Shown here piece after piece: positions 18,511-28,812 of a stretch of DNA of 64,000 bases. The stretch is taken from assembly GCF_003334335.1 (NCBI RefSeq), contig NZ_QOWQ01000025.1. One strand, 5' to 3'. The translations under genes were made by a program, and so were the position numbers. Source of the stretch: Escherichia coli. GTDB lineage: Bacteria; Pseudomonadota; Gammaproteobacteria; Enterobacterales; Enterobacteriaceae. The notes under the pieces are model-generated. The model worked only from the letters and a program-made list of their open reading frames with translations, did not search any database and had not been told where the DNA came from. Within the stretch, counting starts at the first letter, position 1. Each line of letters opens with the position of its first letter.

Positions 18511-19008
18511 TTAAGCCGGTACGCCGCCAGCGGTACGCCAGACTGTGACCAGTTTTTCCAGTGAATGCTCACGCTGACCGTAACCGGCACCCGGCAGGGA
18601 CGCCCAGATATTGCGACAGCGTGAAATGGCGCGCTCAATGCGCCCCGCCCGGATGTCATCCAGTGCACCGCGTTCGCGGATCAACTGAATGGCAAGTCTG
18701 TCCTGTGACAACGGACTGAAATCCGGCAGGGCAAGCTGTTTGCGGTAGTGCGGCCAGAACAGGTAAAGCTGCTGATAGCGACCGGAAGCCGTGGACTTTT
18801 CACCGCGACGGTTAAATACCTTCGCCGGTCGGCCATGCGCGAACGGGTGGTCACTGTAGTCGGTGAAAATTTCCGGCTTCCCGTCCAGTCCGGTGACTAT
18901 CACGTCATAGCCCCGGTTTTTCGTCAGCGGATGATTCGCCGTCCCTTCGGACACGGCCAGCATGTCGAGAAAGGCGGCGATATTCTGATGCGTGTTAATT
19001 ACCGGCAT
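18511..19008 (-). CDS. K: Endolysin K
   Basis: 165-aa ORF, P2 gpK length, downstream of holin. Confidence 0.85.
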   Translation of the reverse strand: MPVINTHQNIAAFLDMLAVSEGTANHPLTKNRGYDVIVTGLDGKPEIFTDYSDHPFAHGRPAKVFNRRGEKSTASGRYQQLYLFWPHYRKQLALPDFSPLSQDRLAIQLIRERGALDDIRAGRIERAISRCRNIWASLPGAGYGQREHSLEKLVTVWRTAGGVPA

Positions 19009-19289
19009 TACTGTTTCCCCCTGCCCTTAAAGCGGCGCTGAATGGCAATCTCAATCACCTGATAACCGGCGATACCCAGCATGGAGCCAATGCCGCACAC
19101 CGCAGGCAGTGACAGGTCAGGAAACTGCACCAGAACAACACCGGCAACCATTGAGACAAAACCACCGAGCAACATGCGCCCGATAAACAGACGCGGGGTG
19201 ATGGGTTCACCACCGGCAAGCACCTTGCCGACAACAATCAGCACCCCAATCATGAAAAGCGACAGGACGCTTTTTTCTTCTGCTGTCAT
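19008..19289 (-). CDS. Y: Holin Y
   Basis: 93-aa ORF with TM helices and charged C-terminus. Confidence 0.85.
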   Translation of the reverse strand: MTAEEKSVLSLFMIGVLIVVGKVLAGGEPITPRLFIGRMLLGGFVSMVAGVVLVQFPDLSLPAVCGIGSMLGIAGYQVIEIAIQRRFKGRGKQ

Positions 19290-19292
19290 GCG

Positions 19293-19496
19293 TTACTCCC
19301 ACAGATTGACAGTTTCAGCCACGGGCGCGGTCTGAACGTCGGGCAGTTCGACGGCGGTGCCGTGTGGCAGCACCGCACCCAGTTCAGCCAGTCCCGGATT
19401 TGCGGCGAGCACGGTCTCAACCACGCCCTCAGAGCGCCCGTAATACCGGACACAAATGGCGTCGAGCGTGTCGCCCTGTAGCGCAAAGGTCTTCAT
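19293..19496 (-). CDS. X: Tail protein X
   Basis: Trimmed to the 67-aa P2 gpX length, starting MKTFALQGDTLDAICVRYYGR. Confidence 0.75.
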   Translation of the reverse strand: MKTFALQGDTLDAICVRYYGRSEGVVETVLAANPGLAELGAVLPHGTAVELPDVQTAPVAETVNLWE

Positions 19497-20005
19497 CAGA
19501 TTTGACTCACGATGCAGCGCGGCTTGTCCTGGATGCGCGCCACTGCCCAGCGCATATCCCGCCACAGCTCATCAATGGTGCTGTCAATGCTGTCGGCCTT
19601 CTTGTCTCCTTTCGCACTGGCATCCACGCCGCGGTAACGCTCATAAAGCGACGCGGTCGCCATCGCACACACGGCGCGCTCGTAGTAAAAAACTTTGATA
19701 CTTTCACCGTCGATGTCGTCCGCCGGAACGTCCGCCAGACGCGTAAAACCGGCGGCAATTTTCTGTTCGCGGTACTCGTACAGCTCCGCATTTGTTTCCG
19801 CCATGCCTGACTTGATGGCCTCACGCAGACGGGCGGGGGCGACGGTCTGCTCAAGGCGCATACGTTCCCGGACGCGCTTCGGGTCGATATCGGGAAAAAA
19901 GAACGTGTTTTTAATCACCGGCTCGTCGCCTGCCGGTTGCGGGATGACCACCGTACCCTCACCGGACACGGGAGCCTCCTTTCGCGGAATAATCAGCGTC
20001 ATCAT
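19496..20005 (-). CDS. L: Head completion protein L
   Basis: Trimmed to the Met giving 169 aa as in P2 gpL. Confidence 0.75.
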   Translation of the reverse strand: MMTLIIPRKEAPVSGEGTVVIPQPAGDEPVIKNTFFFPDIDPKRVRERMRLEQTVAPARLREAIKSGMAETNAELYEYREQKIAAGFTRLADVPADDIDGESIKVFYYERAVCAMATASLYERYRGVDASAKGDKKADSIDSTIDELWRDMRWAVARIQDKPRCIVSQI

Positions 20006-20104
20006 GACTACCTCTGAAAAGTCGGGCGGTGGACGCCGGTACAGCGTCAGGTGATTCACCCTCACTGACCGGCGTGCCGCCCTGGCGCGGGGCGCATTCG
20101 GTTG

Positions 20105-20848
20105 TTAACTGGCTTTCTTTTTCGGGCGTCCACGTTTTGCCGGTGTCACGCTCCGGGTCTTACGCGGGGCGCGGGTGGCCGCTTTGGGCTGCGGCTCCGG
20201 CTTCGGTTTCAGCTCCCGCTCCAGTCGTTCAATCTCTTTTTTGACGCCTGCCTGACAGTCGAGCTGTGTCGCACGTTGCAGGTGAGCCAGCGCACCGGCG
20301 GCATCACCAGCGTCACGCAGAAACAGACCGGTGATTTTGTGCAGCTTTGCGCGCACTTCATCAGGCATGTCAGCCGTGGCGGTCAGTTCAATGGTCTCCG
20401 TCAGCAGGCGGGTATCCACAGACTCACCGGCAGCGTGAGCACGCATGGCCGCGAGCGCCACCTCCTCGGTGAACATGTACGGCGGGGGGCGGCGGTGTTT
20501 ACCCGGCATGGTCAGACCGTACTTCAGGGCATAACGGGCAATCTCCAGCGCACCGGCAATATCGCCGGTATCCAGACGCCACAGCATGACCGTCATCAGA
20601 ATGTCATCCTGTGCACCTTTGCCCTGCTCCAGCACGCCGTTCACCCACGGCAACCAGAACGGCAGCAGTTCGCGTTTTTTCGCGGCCTTCAGCTCTTTTG
20701 AATAAATCGCTTTCAGTGTGCGCTGGTCTGCGGCCAGCTTGACCAGCATCTGCTCATAGACAGTTGCATGTCGCAGCGGGGCGGCTTCCCGCTGCGCGGT
20801 CATCGCTGCCGAGACCCGCATCATGTGGCGCTGTGCGGGACTCGTCAT
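20105..20848 (-). CDS. M: Terminase small (endonuclease) subunit M
   Basis: 247-aa ORF, P2 gpM length and position. Confidence 0.85.
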   Translation of the reverse strand: MTSPAQRHMMRVSAAMTAQREAAPLRHATVYEQMLVKLAADQRTLKAIYSKELKAAKKRELLPFWLPWVNGVLEQGKGAQDDILMTVMLWRLDTGDIAGALEIARYALKYGLTMPGKHRRPPPYMFTEEVALAAMRAHAAGESVDTRLLTETIELTATADMPDEVRAKLHKITGLFLRDAGDAAGALAHLQRATQLDCQAGVKKEIERLERELKPKPEPQPKAATRAPRKTRSVTPAKRGRPKKKAS

Positions 20849-20851
20849 CGG

Positions 20852-21925
20852 TCACGCTCCCGGCTCTGCGGTCGCCTTAGCCGGTGTGGAGAAATCACCG
20901 ACCTTAATTTTTTCCACCAGACAACCGGCGGCGTAGTCTTCCACCACGTAATCAATGTTCATTGACTCGTAGTTCTCCACGCGGTCGAGTTTCGGGTTTT
21001 CCACAATCACGCGGCGATGGCTGTCATCCATGTAGTAGATGGACAGGTTTTCCAGCTTCGTGATGAGCATCGCATCCGCCGGAAAGTACGGGACGCGTAC
21101 CGCCGGCAGGTTACCGATGCGTTTCTGGCTGATGATAACGTCAGCGGCCAGCATTTCGCTGCTGTCCTGCTCCTTGTTGACGATGGGGAAATACTTGTCC
21201 GCCAGTAGCTGACGTCCCACAATCACCACAAGGTCAGGGTCTTCCTGATACCACGGCTCAATCAGGTTGTTGGTCGCATCCATCACCAGTGCATCGAGGC
21301 TGGCATAATCACCGCCCTTACCCACGCGGATGACCTCAGAGGTTGTGTGACCTTCCTCGTCAGTAACCTTGCTCATCACGCGCGCCGGGGCTTCATTGCG
21401 GTATTTCTGCAGCCAGCCGACCGCCACATCCTGCAGCATCGGATTGCTGCTGCGGTCAGAGGTTTCGGCACGCTTCACACCGTTAAAACCGGCCATGATG
21501 AAATCAAGGGACTGGCGTTTGATAATGGCGTTACGGACACGGAGCTGGAAATCCTGATAACGCGCCCACAGGTCAAGCGTTTTGTAGCGGATATAAAAAT
21601 CGAAGTTAATCTGGTCGCATTCGTACTTGTTTGACGCCAGCTTCGAGAAGTCCTTCGGCTGACGCTCGGTGCCACCGGCGGTGTCGGTGGTGCTGGCGAT
21701 GGAGCCGGTGACACCGATACCAATTTTTTCCCCTTTCATTTCGCTGACCGGCACAATGTTGATGCGGGTCAGAAAGTCAGAGGACTCCTGCATGGTGTTC
21801 ATCAGGGTCTGGGTGACCGACGGTTCAACGGTGAATTTTTTCGACACATCACCGGCGTCGATGCCGTTCAGTTCGGCAACACGGGACAGGTAGGCATTAA
21901 ATTTAAAGCGGGTTTCCTGGCGCAT
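20852..21925 (-). CDS. N: Major capsid protein N
   Basis: 357-aa ORF, P2 gpN length. Confidence 0.9.
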   Translation of the reverse strand: MRQETRFKFNAYLSRVAELNGIDAGDVSKKFTVEPSVTQTLMNTMQESSDFLTRINIVPVSEMKGEKIGIGVTGSIASTTDTAGGTERQPKDFSKLASNKYECDQINFDFYIRYKTLDLWARYQDFQLRVRNAIIKRQSLDFIMAGFNGVKRAETSDRSSNPMLQDVAVGWLQKYRNEAPARVMSKVTDEEGHTTSEVIRVGKGGDYASLDALVMDATNNLIEPWYQEDPDLVVIVGRQLLADKYFPIVNKEQDSSEMLAADVIISQKRIGNLPAVRVPYFPADAMLITKLENLSIYYMDDSHRRVIVENPKLDRVENYESMNIDYVVEDYAAGCLVEKIKVGDFSTPAKATAEPGA

Positions 21926-21983
21926 AGTTTTTCCTGAAATTAAGGGTTAATCGTGAAGGTTTTCCCGGACTGACTGACGCCGG

Positions 21984-22838
21984 TCAGCAGTTCGTCATCA
22001 GGGCGTCACCGCCACCACCGGTGGCCTTGCTGCGGCGCTGCTGGGTCAGACTTTCGGTGTGGTCGAGACTGTTTTTCAGGCGGGTGAATGCCTGGCTGGT
22101 TTCATCCGCCCTGTCAGTCACCTCCTGCTTAAGTGCGGAAAAGGCGGTTTCCATCTCAGCGAGGCGCTGCTCAGTGGCGCTCAGTTTTTCCTGCACATGT
22201 TCAGCGACAGCGGTCACCGCTTCATGCACATCATTCAGACGGGCGTCATCGCTCGCCTGTTTGCGGCCAAAAATGGATTTCACCTTTTCGGTCAGGGCGG
22301 TGAACACGGTTTCAGGCAGGTCTTCAAATTCCAGCTCAACAGGCGTTGCCACTGAAATCAGGTTTTCAGGGCTTAATTTGAAGCGGTTCAGAGGGTTATG
22401 TTTTGCCGTGCGGCAGAATTCCAGGTATTCCGTGCCGAGGCTTGCCGGGTCATCTGTGACAGCCAGCCCCACCAGATAACATTTGCCGGTGTTGGCAAAG
22501 TTCGGCTGAATTTCCATTGAGGTGTAGACCTTCTGCGCGGCCTTGTTCATCGCGATAAGGTCATCGGTCGGGGTGATTTTCGCAAACAGCGCCCATTTGC
22601 CTTTCAGCGCCGAATCATCGTCAATCTTTTCGGCCTTCAGTTCGGCCACATCGCCATAACGCTTAAAAATACCGTCAGGCAGGATGCCGCGCAGATGTTC
22701 CAGGTTAATGCGGCAACCATAGACTCGCGGGTCAAAGGTTTCGGCCATTTCCTGAATATCCTGCGCACTGATGACACGCCCGTCACAGGTGTCACCCTCA
22801 ACGCCGATACGAAAGAATTTTGAGACTTTTTTTGCCAT
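21984..22838 (-). CDS. O: Capsid scaffolding protein O
   Basis: Start at MAKKVSKFF giving 284 aa as in P2 gpO. Confidence 0.85.
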   Translation of the reverse strand: MAKKVSKFFRIGVEGDTCDGRVISAQDIQEMAETFDPRVYGCRINLEHLRGILPDGIFKRYGDVAELKAEKIDDDSALKGKWALFAKITPTDDLIAMNKAAQKVYTSMEIQPNFANTGKCYLVGLAVTDDPASLGTEYLEFCRTAKHNPLNRFKLSPENLISVATPVELEFEDLPETVFTALTEKVKSIFGRKQASDDARLNDVHEAVTAVAEHVQEKLSATEQRLAEMETAFSALKQEVTDRADETSQAFTRLKNSLDHTESLTQQRRSKATGGGGDALMTNC

Positions 22839-23011
22839 TGTCAGGAGTCCTGAATAGTGATTAGAGGAGTCACATGTCGGCATCAGTTTCCCGACGATGC
22901 GCATCCTCCGCCATCAGTCCCGGATGGCTTATCACTGACACAACAGCACCTTAGCGAATCGCGGGGCGCGACTCAGTAGCCTTGCCGTGTATTCATCACG
23001 GCGAGGTATTC

Positions 23012-24784
23012 ATGACCATCACCACAGACACCACTCTTTTACACGACCCGCGTCGTCAGGCGGCGCTGCTGTACTGGCAGGGGTTTTCCGTGCCGCAGAT
23101 TGCCGCCATGTTGCAGATGAAACGCCCGACGGTGCAGAGCTGGAAACAGCGCGACGGCTGGGACAGCGTTGCCCCCATCAGCCGTGTCGAAATGAGTCTG
23201 GAAGCGCGACTGACCCAGCTCATCATCAAACCGCAGAAAACCGGCGGTGACTTCAAGGAAATTGACCTGCTGGGACGCCAGATTGAACGACTGGCGCGGG
23301 TCAACCGCTACAGTCAGACCGGCAACGAGGCAGACCTTAATCCGAACGTCGCTAACCGCAACAAAGGCGGGCGTCGCAAACCGAAAAAGAATTTTTTCAG
23401 TGACGAAGCCATCGAAAAGCTGGAGCAGATTTTCTTTGAGCAGTCTTTCGACTATCAGTTGCACTGGTATCGCGCCGGGCTTGAGCACCGCATCCGCGAT
23501 ATCCTGAAATCCCGCCAGATTGGCGCAACGTTTTATTTTTCCCGCGAGGCGCTGCTGCGCGCCCTGAAAACCGGCCATAACCAGATTTTTCTGTCGGCCA
23601 GTAAAACGCAGGCGTATGTGTTCCGCGAATACATCATCGCCTTTGCCCGTCTGGTTGACGTTGACCTGACCGGTGACCCGATTGTCCTGGGCAATAACGG
23701 CGCAAAACTAATTTTTCTCGGCACCAACTCCAACACCGCACAGAGCCATAACGGCGACCTGTACGTCGACGAGATTTTCTGGATCCCGAATTTTCAGGTA
23801 CTGCGTAAGGTGGCATCAGGTATGGCCTCACAGAGTCACCTGCGTTCGACCTATTTCTCCACCCCGTCCACGCTGGCGCACGACGCCTACCCGTTCTGGT
23901 CAGGTGAACTGTTCAACCGGGGACGCGCCAGCGCCGCCGAACGCGTGGAAATCGACGTCAGTCATAACGCCCTTGCCGGTGGGCTTCTCTGTGCGGACGG
24001 CCAGTGGCGGCAGATTGTCACCATTGAGGACGCCCTGAAAGGTGGCTGCACGCTGTTCGACATTGAGCAGCTCAAACGTGAAAACAGCGCCGACGATTTT
24101 AAAAACCTGTTCATGTGTGAATTTGTTGACGACAAGGCGTCGGTGTTCCCGTTCGAGGAGCTGCAACGCTGCATGGTCGACACGCTGGAAGAATGGGAAG
24201 ACTATGCGCCGTTTGCCGCGAATCCGTTCGGCTCCCGCCCGGTATGGATTGGTTACGACCCGTCACACCGTGGCGACAGCGCCGGATGCGTGGTACTGGC
24301 ACCGCCGGTGGTGGCCGGTGGCAAATTCAGAATACTTGAGCGCCACCAGTGGAAAGGCATGGACTTTGCCACCCAGGCGGAATCCATCCGCAAACTCACC
24401 GAAAAATACAACGTCGAATACATCGGTATTGATGCCACCGGCCTTGGTGTCGGCGTGTTCCAGCTCGTGCGCTCGTTCTATCCCGCCGCGCGCGACATCC
24501 GCTACACGCCGGAAATGAAAACCGCAATGGTGCTCAAGGCAAAAGACGTCATCCGCCGTGGCTGTCTGGAATATGACGTCAGCGCCACCGACATCACCAG
24601 CTCGTTTATGGCTATCCGCAAGACCATGACCAGCAGCGGACGCAGTGCCACCTATGAGGCCAGCCGCAGCGAGGAAGCCAGCCACGCCGACCTCGCCTGG
24701 GCGACCATGCACGCCCTGTTAAATGAGCCACTCACCGCCGGTATCAGCACCCCGCTGACATCCACCATTCTGGAGTTTTACTGA
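23012..24784 (+). CDS. P: Terminase large (ATPase) subunit P
   Basis: Start at MTITTDTT with SD GAGGT; 590 aa as in P2 gpP; divergent from O. Confidence 0.9.
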   Translation: MTITTDTTLLHDPRRQAALLYWQGFSVPQIAAMLQMKRPTVQSWKQRDGWDSVAPISRVEMSLEARLTQLIIKPQKTGGDFKEIDLLGRQIERLARVNRYSQTGNEADLNPNVANRNKGGRRKPKKNFFSDEAIEKLEQIFFEQSFDYQLHWYRAGLEHRIRDILKSRQIGATFYFSREALLRALKTGHNQIFLSASKTQAYVFREYIIAFARLVDVDLTGDPIVLGNNGAKLIFLGTNSNTAQSHNGDLYVDEIFWIPNFQVLRKVASGMASQSHLRSTYFSTPSTLAHDAYPFWSGELFNRGRASAAERVEIDVSHNALAGGLLCADGQWRQIVTIEDALKGGCTLFDIEQLKRENSADDFKNLFMCEFVDDKASVFPFEELQRCMVDTLEEWEDYAPFAANPFGSRPVWIGYDPSHRGDSAGCVVLAPPVVAGGKFRILERHQWKGMDFATQAESIRKLTEKYNVEYIGIDATGLGVGVFQLVRSFYPAARDIRYTPEMKTAMVLKAKDVIRRGCLEYDVSATDITSSFMAIRKTMTSSGRSATYEASRSEEASHADLAWATMHALLNEPLTAGISTPLTSTILEFY

Positions 24785-25818
24785 TGAGCAAGAAAAAAGG
24801 GAAAACACCGCAACCTGCGGCAAAAACAATCACCGCCAGCGCCCCGAAAATGGAGGCATTCACCTTTGGTGAGCCGGTGCCGGTACTCGACCGCCGTGAC
24901 ATTCTGGATTATGTCGAGTGCATCAGTAACGGCAGATGGTATGAGCCGCCGGTCAGCTTTACCGGTCTGGCAAAAAGCCTGCGTGCTGCCGTGCATCACA
25001 GTTCACCGATTTACGTCAAACGTAATATTCTGGCTTCAACGTTTATCCCGCACCCGTGGCTGTCCCAGCAGGATTTCAGCCGCTTTGTGCTGGATTTTCT
25101 GGTGTTCGGTAATGCGTTTCTGGAAAAGCGTTACAGCACCACCGGTAAGGTCATCAGACTGGAAACCTCACCAGCAAAATATACCCGTCGTGGCGTGGAA
25201 GAGGATGTTTACTGGTGGGTGCCGTCCTTCAACGAGCCGACAGCCTTCGCGCCCGGCTCCGTGTTTCACCTGCTGGAGCCGGATATTAATCAGGAGCTGT
25301 ACGGCCTGCCGGAATATCTCAGCGCCCTTAACTCTGCCTGGCTGAATGAGTCGGCCACGCTGTTCCGCCGCAAGTATTACGAAAATGGCGCACATGCCGG
25401 ATACATCATGTACGTCACCGATGCCGTGCAGGATCGCAACGATATCGAAATGCTTCGCGAAAACATGGTCAAGTCGAAAGGCCGCAACAACTTTAAAAAC
25501 CTGTTTCTCTATGCCCCACAGGGGAAAGCCGACGGCATTAAAATTATCCCCCTCAGTGAAGTGGCGACGAAGGACGATTTTTTTAATATCAAAAAAGCCA
25601 GCGCCGCTGACCTGCTGGACGCGCACCGCATCCCCTTTCAGTTGATGGGTGGCAAGCCGGAGAACGTCGGGTCGCTGGGTGATATTGAGAAAGTGGCAAA
25701 GGTCTTTGTCCGCAATGAGCTTATCCCGTTACAGGACAGGATCCGCGAGATAAACGGCTGGCTCGGTCAGGAGGTCATCCGCTTTAAAAACTACTCACTG
25801 GACACTGACAACGACTGA
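24784..25818 (+). CDS. Q: Portal protein Q
   Basis: 344-aa ORF overlapping the end of P, P2 gpQ length. Confidence 0.9.
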   Translation: MSKKKGKTPQPAAKTITASAPKMEAFTFGEPVPVLDRRDILDYVECISNGRWYEPPVSFTGLAKSLRAAVHHSSPIYVKRNILASTFIPHPWLSQQDFSRFVLDFLVFGNAFLEKRYSTTGKVIRLETSPAKYTRRGVEEDVYWWVPSFNEPTAFAPGSVFHLLEPDINQELYGLPEYLSALNSAWLNESATLFRRKYYENGAHAGYIMYVTDAVQDRNDIEMLRENMVKSKGRNNFKNLFLYAPQGKADGIKIIPLSEVATKDDFFNIKKASAADLLDAHRIPFQLMGGKPENVGSLGDIEKVAKVFVRNELIPLQDRIREINGWLGQEVIRFKNYSLDTDND

Positions 25819-25985
25819 ACATCGCCGCCTGCGGGCGGCTTTTTTACACCCCGTCATCCCCCCTCACACGCTCACCACCGCACAAAACACCCCGCAGACA
25901 CACAACGCCTCAACGGGCAGACTAAGCGCCGTCACGACGCGCTGAGACGCTGAAAAAATACAATCAGCACCACCGTCAGCGCGCA

Positions 25986-26004
25986 GTGCTTTCCCCGCCT
26001 CGCC
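25986..26004. other. cos site (19-nt cohesive end, reverse complement of GGCGAGGCGGGGAAAGCAC)
   Basis: Exact 19-mer GTGCTTTCCCCGCCTCGCC, which I recognise as the P2 cos sequence, between Q and the cargo island. Confidence 0.8.
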
Positions 26005-26141
26005 CGCCCGCTTCATGGGTCGGTTTTAATGCAGTTGCATAAACATAGTACAAGCGCGCCAGTCAAGCCTAGCGCACATACATAGAGAACGTATTTAAAC
26101 ATGCAAAATGATGCACCCTATAGGTGCATTCATATTAAACA

Positions 26142-27143
26142 TCACCGAGCCATCTTGACTGCATAATGAACACAAAAATAATGTTCTCCCGCATATCTAA
26201 AATGATGTTCAATTTTTCTCAAACCTATATATGGAGTCTCCACTTCTTTAATCCCAACTATCTCATGAGATTCTACACCAATATCTACCGGAGTAATCTC
26301 TTTTAGATAATCAATGTATCTCTCACACCAAGCATCAAATTTTGCACCAGTATAATAAGCAATTAAAAACAAGCGTTTAACATTAATAGGATTATAGTTA
26401 CCAATTAGCTTTGAATAATGCTTTAATATGTTAGCTTGATCTAGAGATTTTAAAATCAATGCTTCTATTATAGCAAATAGATTTCCTTTATCTTCAATAA
26501 CAAGATCTAATTCACCCGCACTTTTACCAGATTGAGACTCTCCCTCTCTAGTTTGATCTTTTACCTCATAATTCTTAGCTAATAACATATCCCGTATAAA
26601 ATCATTAAAATCATCTTCACCATATCCTTTAGCAGAGCGACGCCCCAATCTTTGAAGCACCCAAGATAAATCACTATCAAACTTTATAAAATTCAAAGGA
26701 CGCTGCACTCGACCATCCTTTGATATTAAGCTTATACTATTAAGATTTAACAAATTAATCCTTTGCCTGATTAATTCATCAATATATCCAGAGTAACTAT
26801 TATTATCTAACACTACGATATGCTTATCAAAAGTAGTGGCTGCATTAGCAACTGCACAAACAACTATATCCTTAATATCCTCAGAACTATTCGGCACTGG
26901 TGTACGCAATATCTTGCCTGAAGGAGCTTTAGATAACTCAGACTCCCACTTCTTAAAAAACAAAAAAGAATCCTTGTTGTTTCCGCAAGACTTTAAATAA
27001 CCTAAGCGAATTTTTCCATCAGCATCAAGAATCAACTCATTTTCACCATTAACAATGGTTTCAATAAAAAAACCGCTAAAAACTTTAACATCAGAAATAT
27101 TAGCAGCAACAAATTCAGGACACAAACAAACAGCACAAAGCAT
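26142..27143 (-). CDS. Unknown-function partner protein of the ATPase (candidate defence effector)
   Basis: 333-aa ORF, start 1 nt after the ATPase stop, AT-rich; no motif I can assign with confidence. Confidence 0.6.
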   Translation of the reverse strand: MLCAVCLCPEFVAANISDVKVFSGFFIETIVNGENELILDADGKIRLGYLKSCGNNKDSFLFFKKWESELSKAPSGKILRTPVPNSSEDIKDIVVCAVANAATTFDKHIVVLDNNSYSGYIDELIRQRINLLNLNSISLISKDGRVQRPLNFIKFDSDLSWVLQRLGRRSAKGYGEDDFNDFIRDMLLAKNYEVKDQTREGESQSGKSAGELDLVIEDKGNLFAIIEALILKSLDQANILKHYSKLIGNYNPINVKRLFLIAYYTGAKFDAWCERYIDYLKEITPVDIGVESHEIVGIKEVETPYIGLRKIEHHFRYAGEHYFCVHYAVKMAR

Positions 27144-27144
27144 A

Positions 27145-28812
27145 TCAATGAACTCCCTTTGAGTTCATTATTTTTTGTATTTTTAATTCCTGTATTCTAA
27201 TTGTATCCTGAATCTCAACATCCATAAACTCATTTGGCCATGTGATATCTCCATCAGAATTCACAGCCACTCTATTTAGTAAGGTTGATGTTCCCTCTTC
27301 ATCTCGCTCAAGATGATAGATTGCCACATGGTCCTCAGTAAGTTCGCTTGATTCATCAACAATTCTTAATCTAATCCGTCTAACTAATGCATCACTATGT
27401 GTTTCAATAATAAAAATTTTCTTTTCTTGCATAGATATTTTAATTAATGCGTCAGTTAACCATGCCTGCATTTTAGGATGCAAATGTATTTCTGGTTGTT
27501 CTATTATTGTAATCGAGCCCTTTGGTGACAAATAAGCTTGAACCAAGACAGGCAACACTTGTGATATTCCAAACCCTACATCTGTCAATTCTAAATTAAC
27601 AGCATCTTGGTTTATAACTATCTTATGAATTATGTCATTAACTCTAACTATATCAACCGCTAAGTTAAATTCAGCGAGAAGAAGGTTTATGTTTTCTGTT
27701 ATTTTTGTATTTTTCTTCAGAATCTCCGCCAACTCAGAGCCATCAGCAGAATTTAACTGAGCATGATTGACTGTTTTATCTAATAAATAATAACGCTGAG
27801 GAAATGCCCTCAACGGGCTGACATGATTAACATTTTCGCCATCAAACATTTTTGAAAGCATTAATACTCCCAGAGAAACAACATGTGACAAAAAGTTAAC
27901 AACAGGGTTGTAGGAATTTCCAAAAAAAACATAAAAACCACGTCCTTCATTGACAGGGAATAGCCCCAAAGAATAAGGATTCATGATTTCTAAGATATCA
28001 GACTTACATCCTCTAAATACTTCTTGAGGGATAACATCCGACAATACAACGACATTATTCTTTTTGGGTAACAGTTCAACTATTCTTTCATCATTCTTAT
28101 TTAGAAGAACAAATCTCGAAACCTTTACCACACCTTTATTTTTATCATATCTGAAGTCATAACTTATTTTAGATGCAGACAATTTATTTCCTGAAATAGA
28201 AACAACTTTAGTTAGGCAATCTTTGATTCTCTTCAATGGGCATTCATATATAAATCTGCGTAAGTTTTCTGAGGTCGCCCGGCTAAACATAATATTATTA
28301 CCAGCATCTCTAAAAAGCATAATCAACTGGCACAATTTATCAGCAATAATATTTAATTTAGCCTCCTCAAACTCATCAAAATTAACAATAGCATTCAAAG
28401 ATTCATTTATCAAATTATTGGCCTTCGCGACCAACTCATCATTATTTTTTACTGTCTGTATAGTGAATCGCATAATCATAGCAAATGATTCTAAAGTTTC
28501 TCTTCTCAGAGTATCAATGCCATTTTTAACTACACTATTATCAGAAAAATCAAAGCTAAAGTTAAGTGTTTTGGAGTCATCTTTATTTTTTATAATATTT
28601 AATGCTTCCCCCATTCCCACTTTAGGTCCATTCAGCCGTAGAGCAGAGTCAGACAATGACATTGAATCAACTGTCTGAGAAAACATCAACAAAGAGTTAA
28701 TTAGTGCACTTTTTCCACAACTATTTGCACCTAACAATATTGTCAATGGCTTTAAATCTAACTTAAAGCTTTCGTATGCTTTATAATTTTGTCCTGTAAA
28801 AGTTCTCAGCAT
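27145..28812 (-). CDS. ABC-type (AAA_21/AAA_15-like) ATPase, candidate defence-system ATPase
   Basis: Walker A GANSCGKS, Walker B with HP motif ITIIEQPEIHLHP, H-loop IIETHS; 555 aa; AT-rich. Confidence 0.75.
   Translation of the reverse strand: MLRTFTGQNYKAYESFKLDLKPLTILLGANSCGKSALINSLLMFSQTVDSMSLSDSALRLNGPKVGMGEALNIIKNKDDSKTLNFSFDFSDNSVVKNGIDTLRRETLESFAMIMRFTIQTVKNNDELVAKANNLINESLNAIVNFDEFEEAKLNIIADKLCQLIMLFRDAGNNIMFSRATSENLRRFIYECPLKRIKDCLTKVVSISGNKLSASKISYDFRYDKNKGVVKVSRFVLLNKNDERIVELLPKKNNVVVLSDVIPQEVFRGCKSDILEIMNPYSLGLFPVNEGRGFYVFFGNSYNPVVNFLSHVVSLGVLMLSKMFDGENVNHVSPLRAFPQRYYLLDKTVNHAQLNSADGSELAEILKKNTKITENINLLLAEFNLAVDIVRVNDIIHKIVINQDAVNLELTDVGFGISQVLPVLVQAYLSPKGSITIIEQPEIHLHPKMQAWLTDALIKISMQEKKIFIIETHSDALVRRIRLRIVDESSELTEDHVAIYHLERDEEGTSTLLNRVAVNSDGDITWPNEFMDVEIQDTIRIQELKIQKIMNSKGVH

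Noticed and set aside
19507-20054. Overlapping 115-aa and 119-aa ORFs within head completion gene L
   Set aside because: Arg/Ser/Pro-rich alternate-frame translations of a GC-rich gene; no independent support.
26142-27143. HNH nuclease assignment for the ATPase partner (which would make the pair Septu-like)
   Set aside because: The Cys cluster (N-terminal CAVCLC) and His cluster (C-terminal HHFRYAGEHYFCVHY) are about 300 residues apart, not a compact HNH motif; a candidate D...E.K stretch has non-canonical spacing. Left unassigned.
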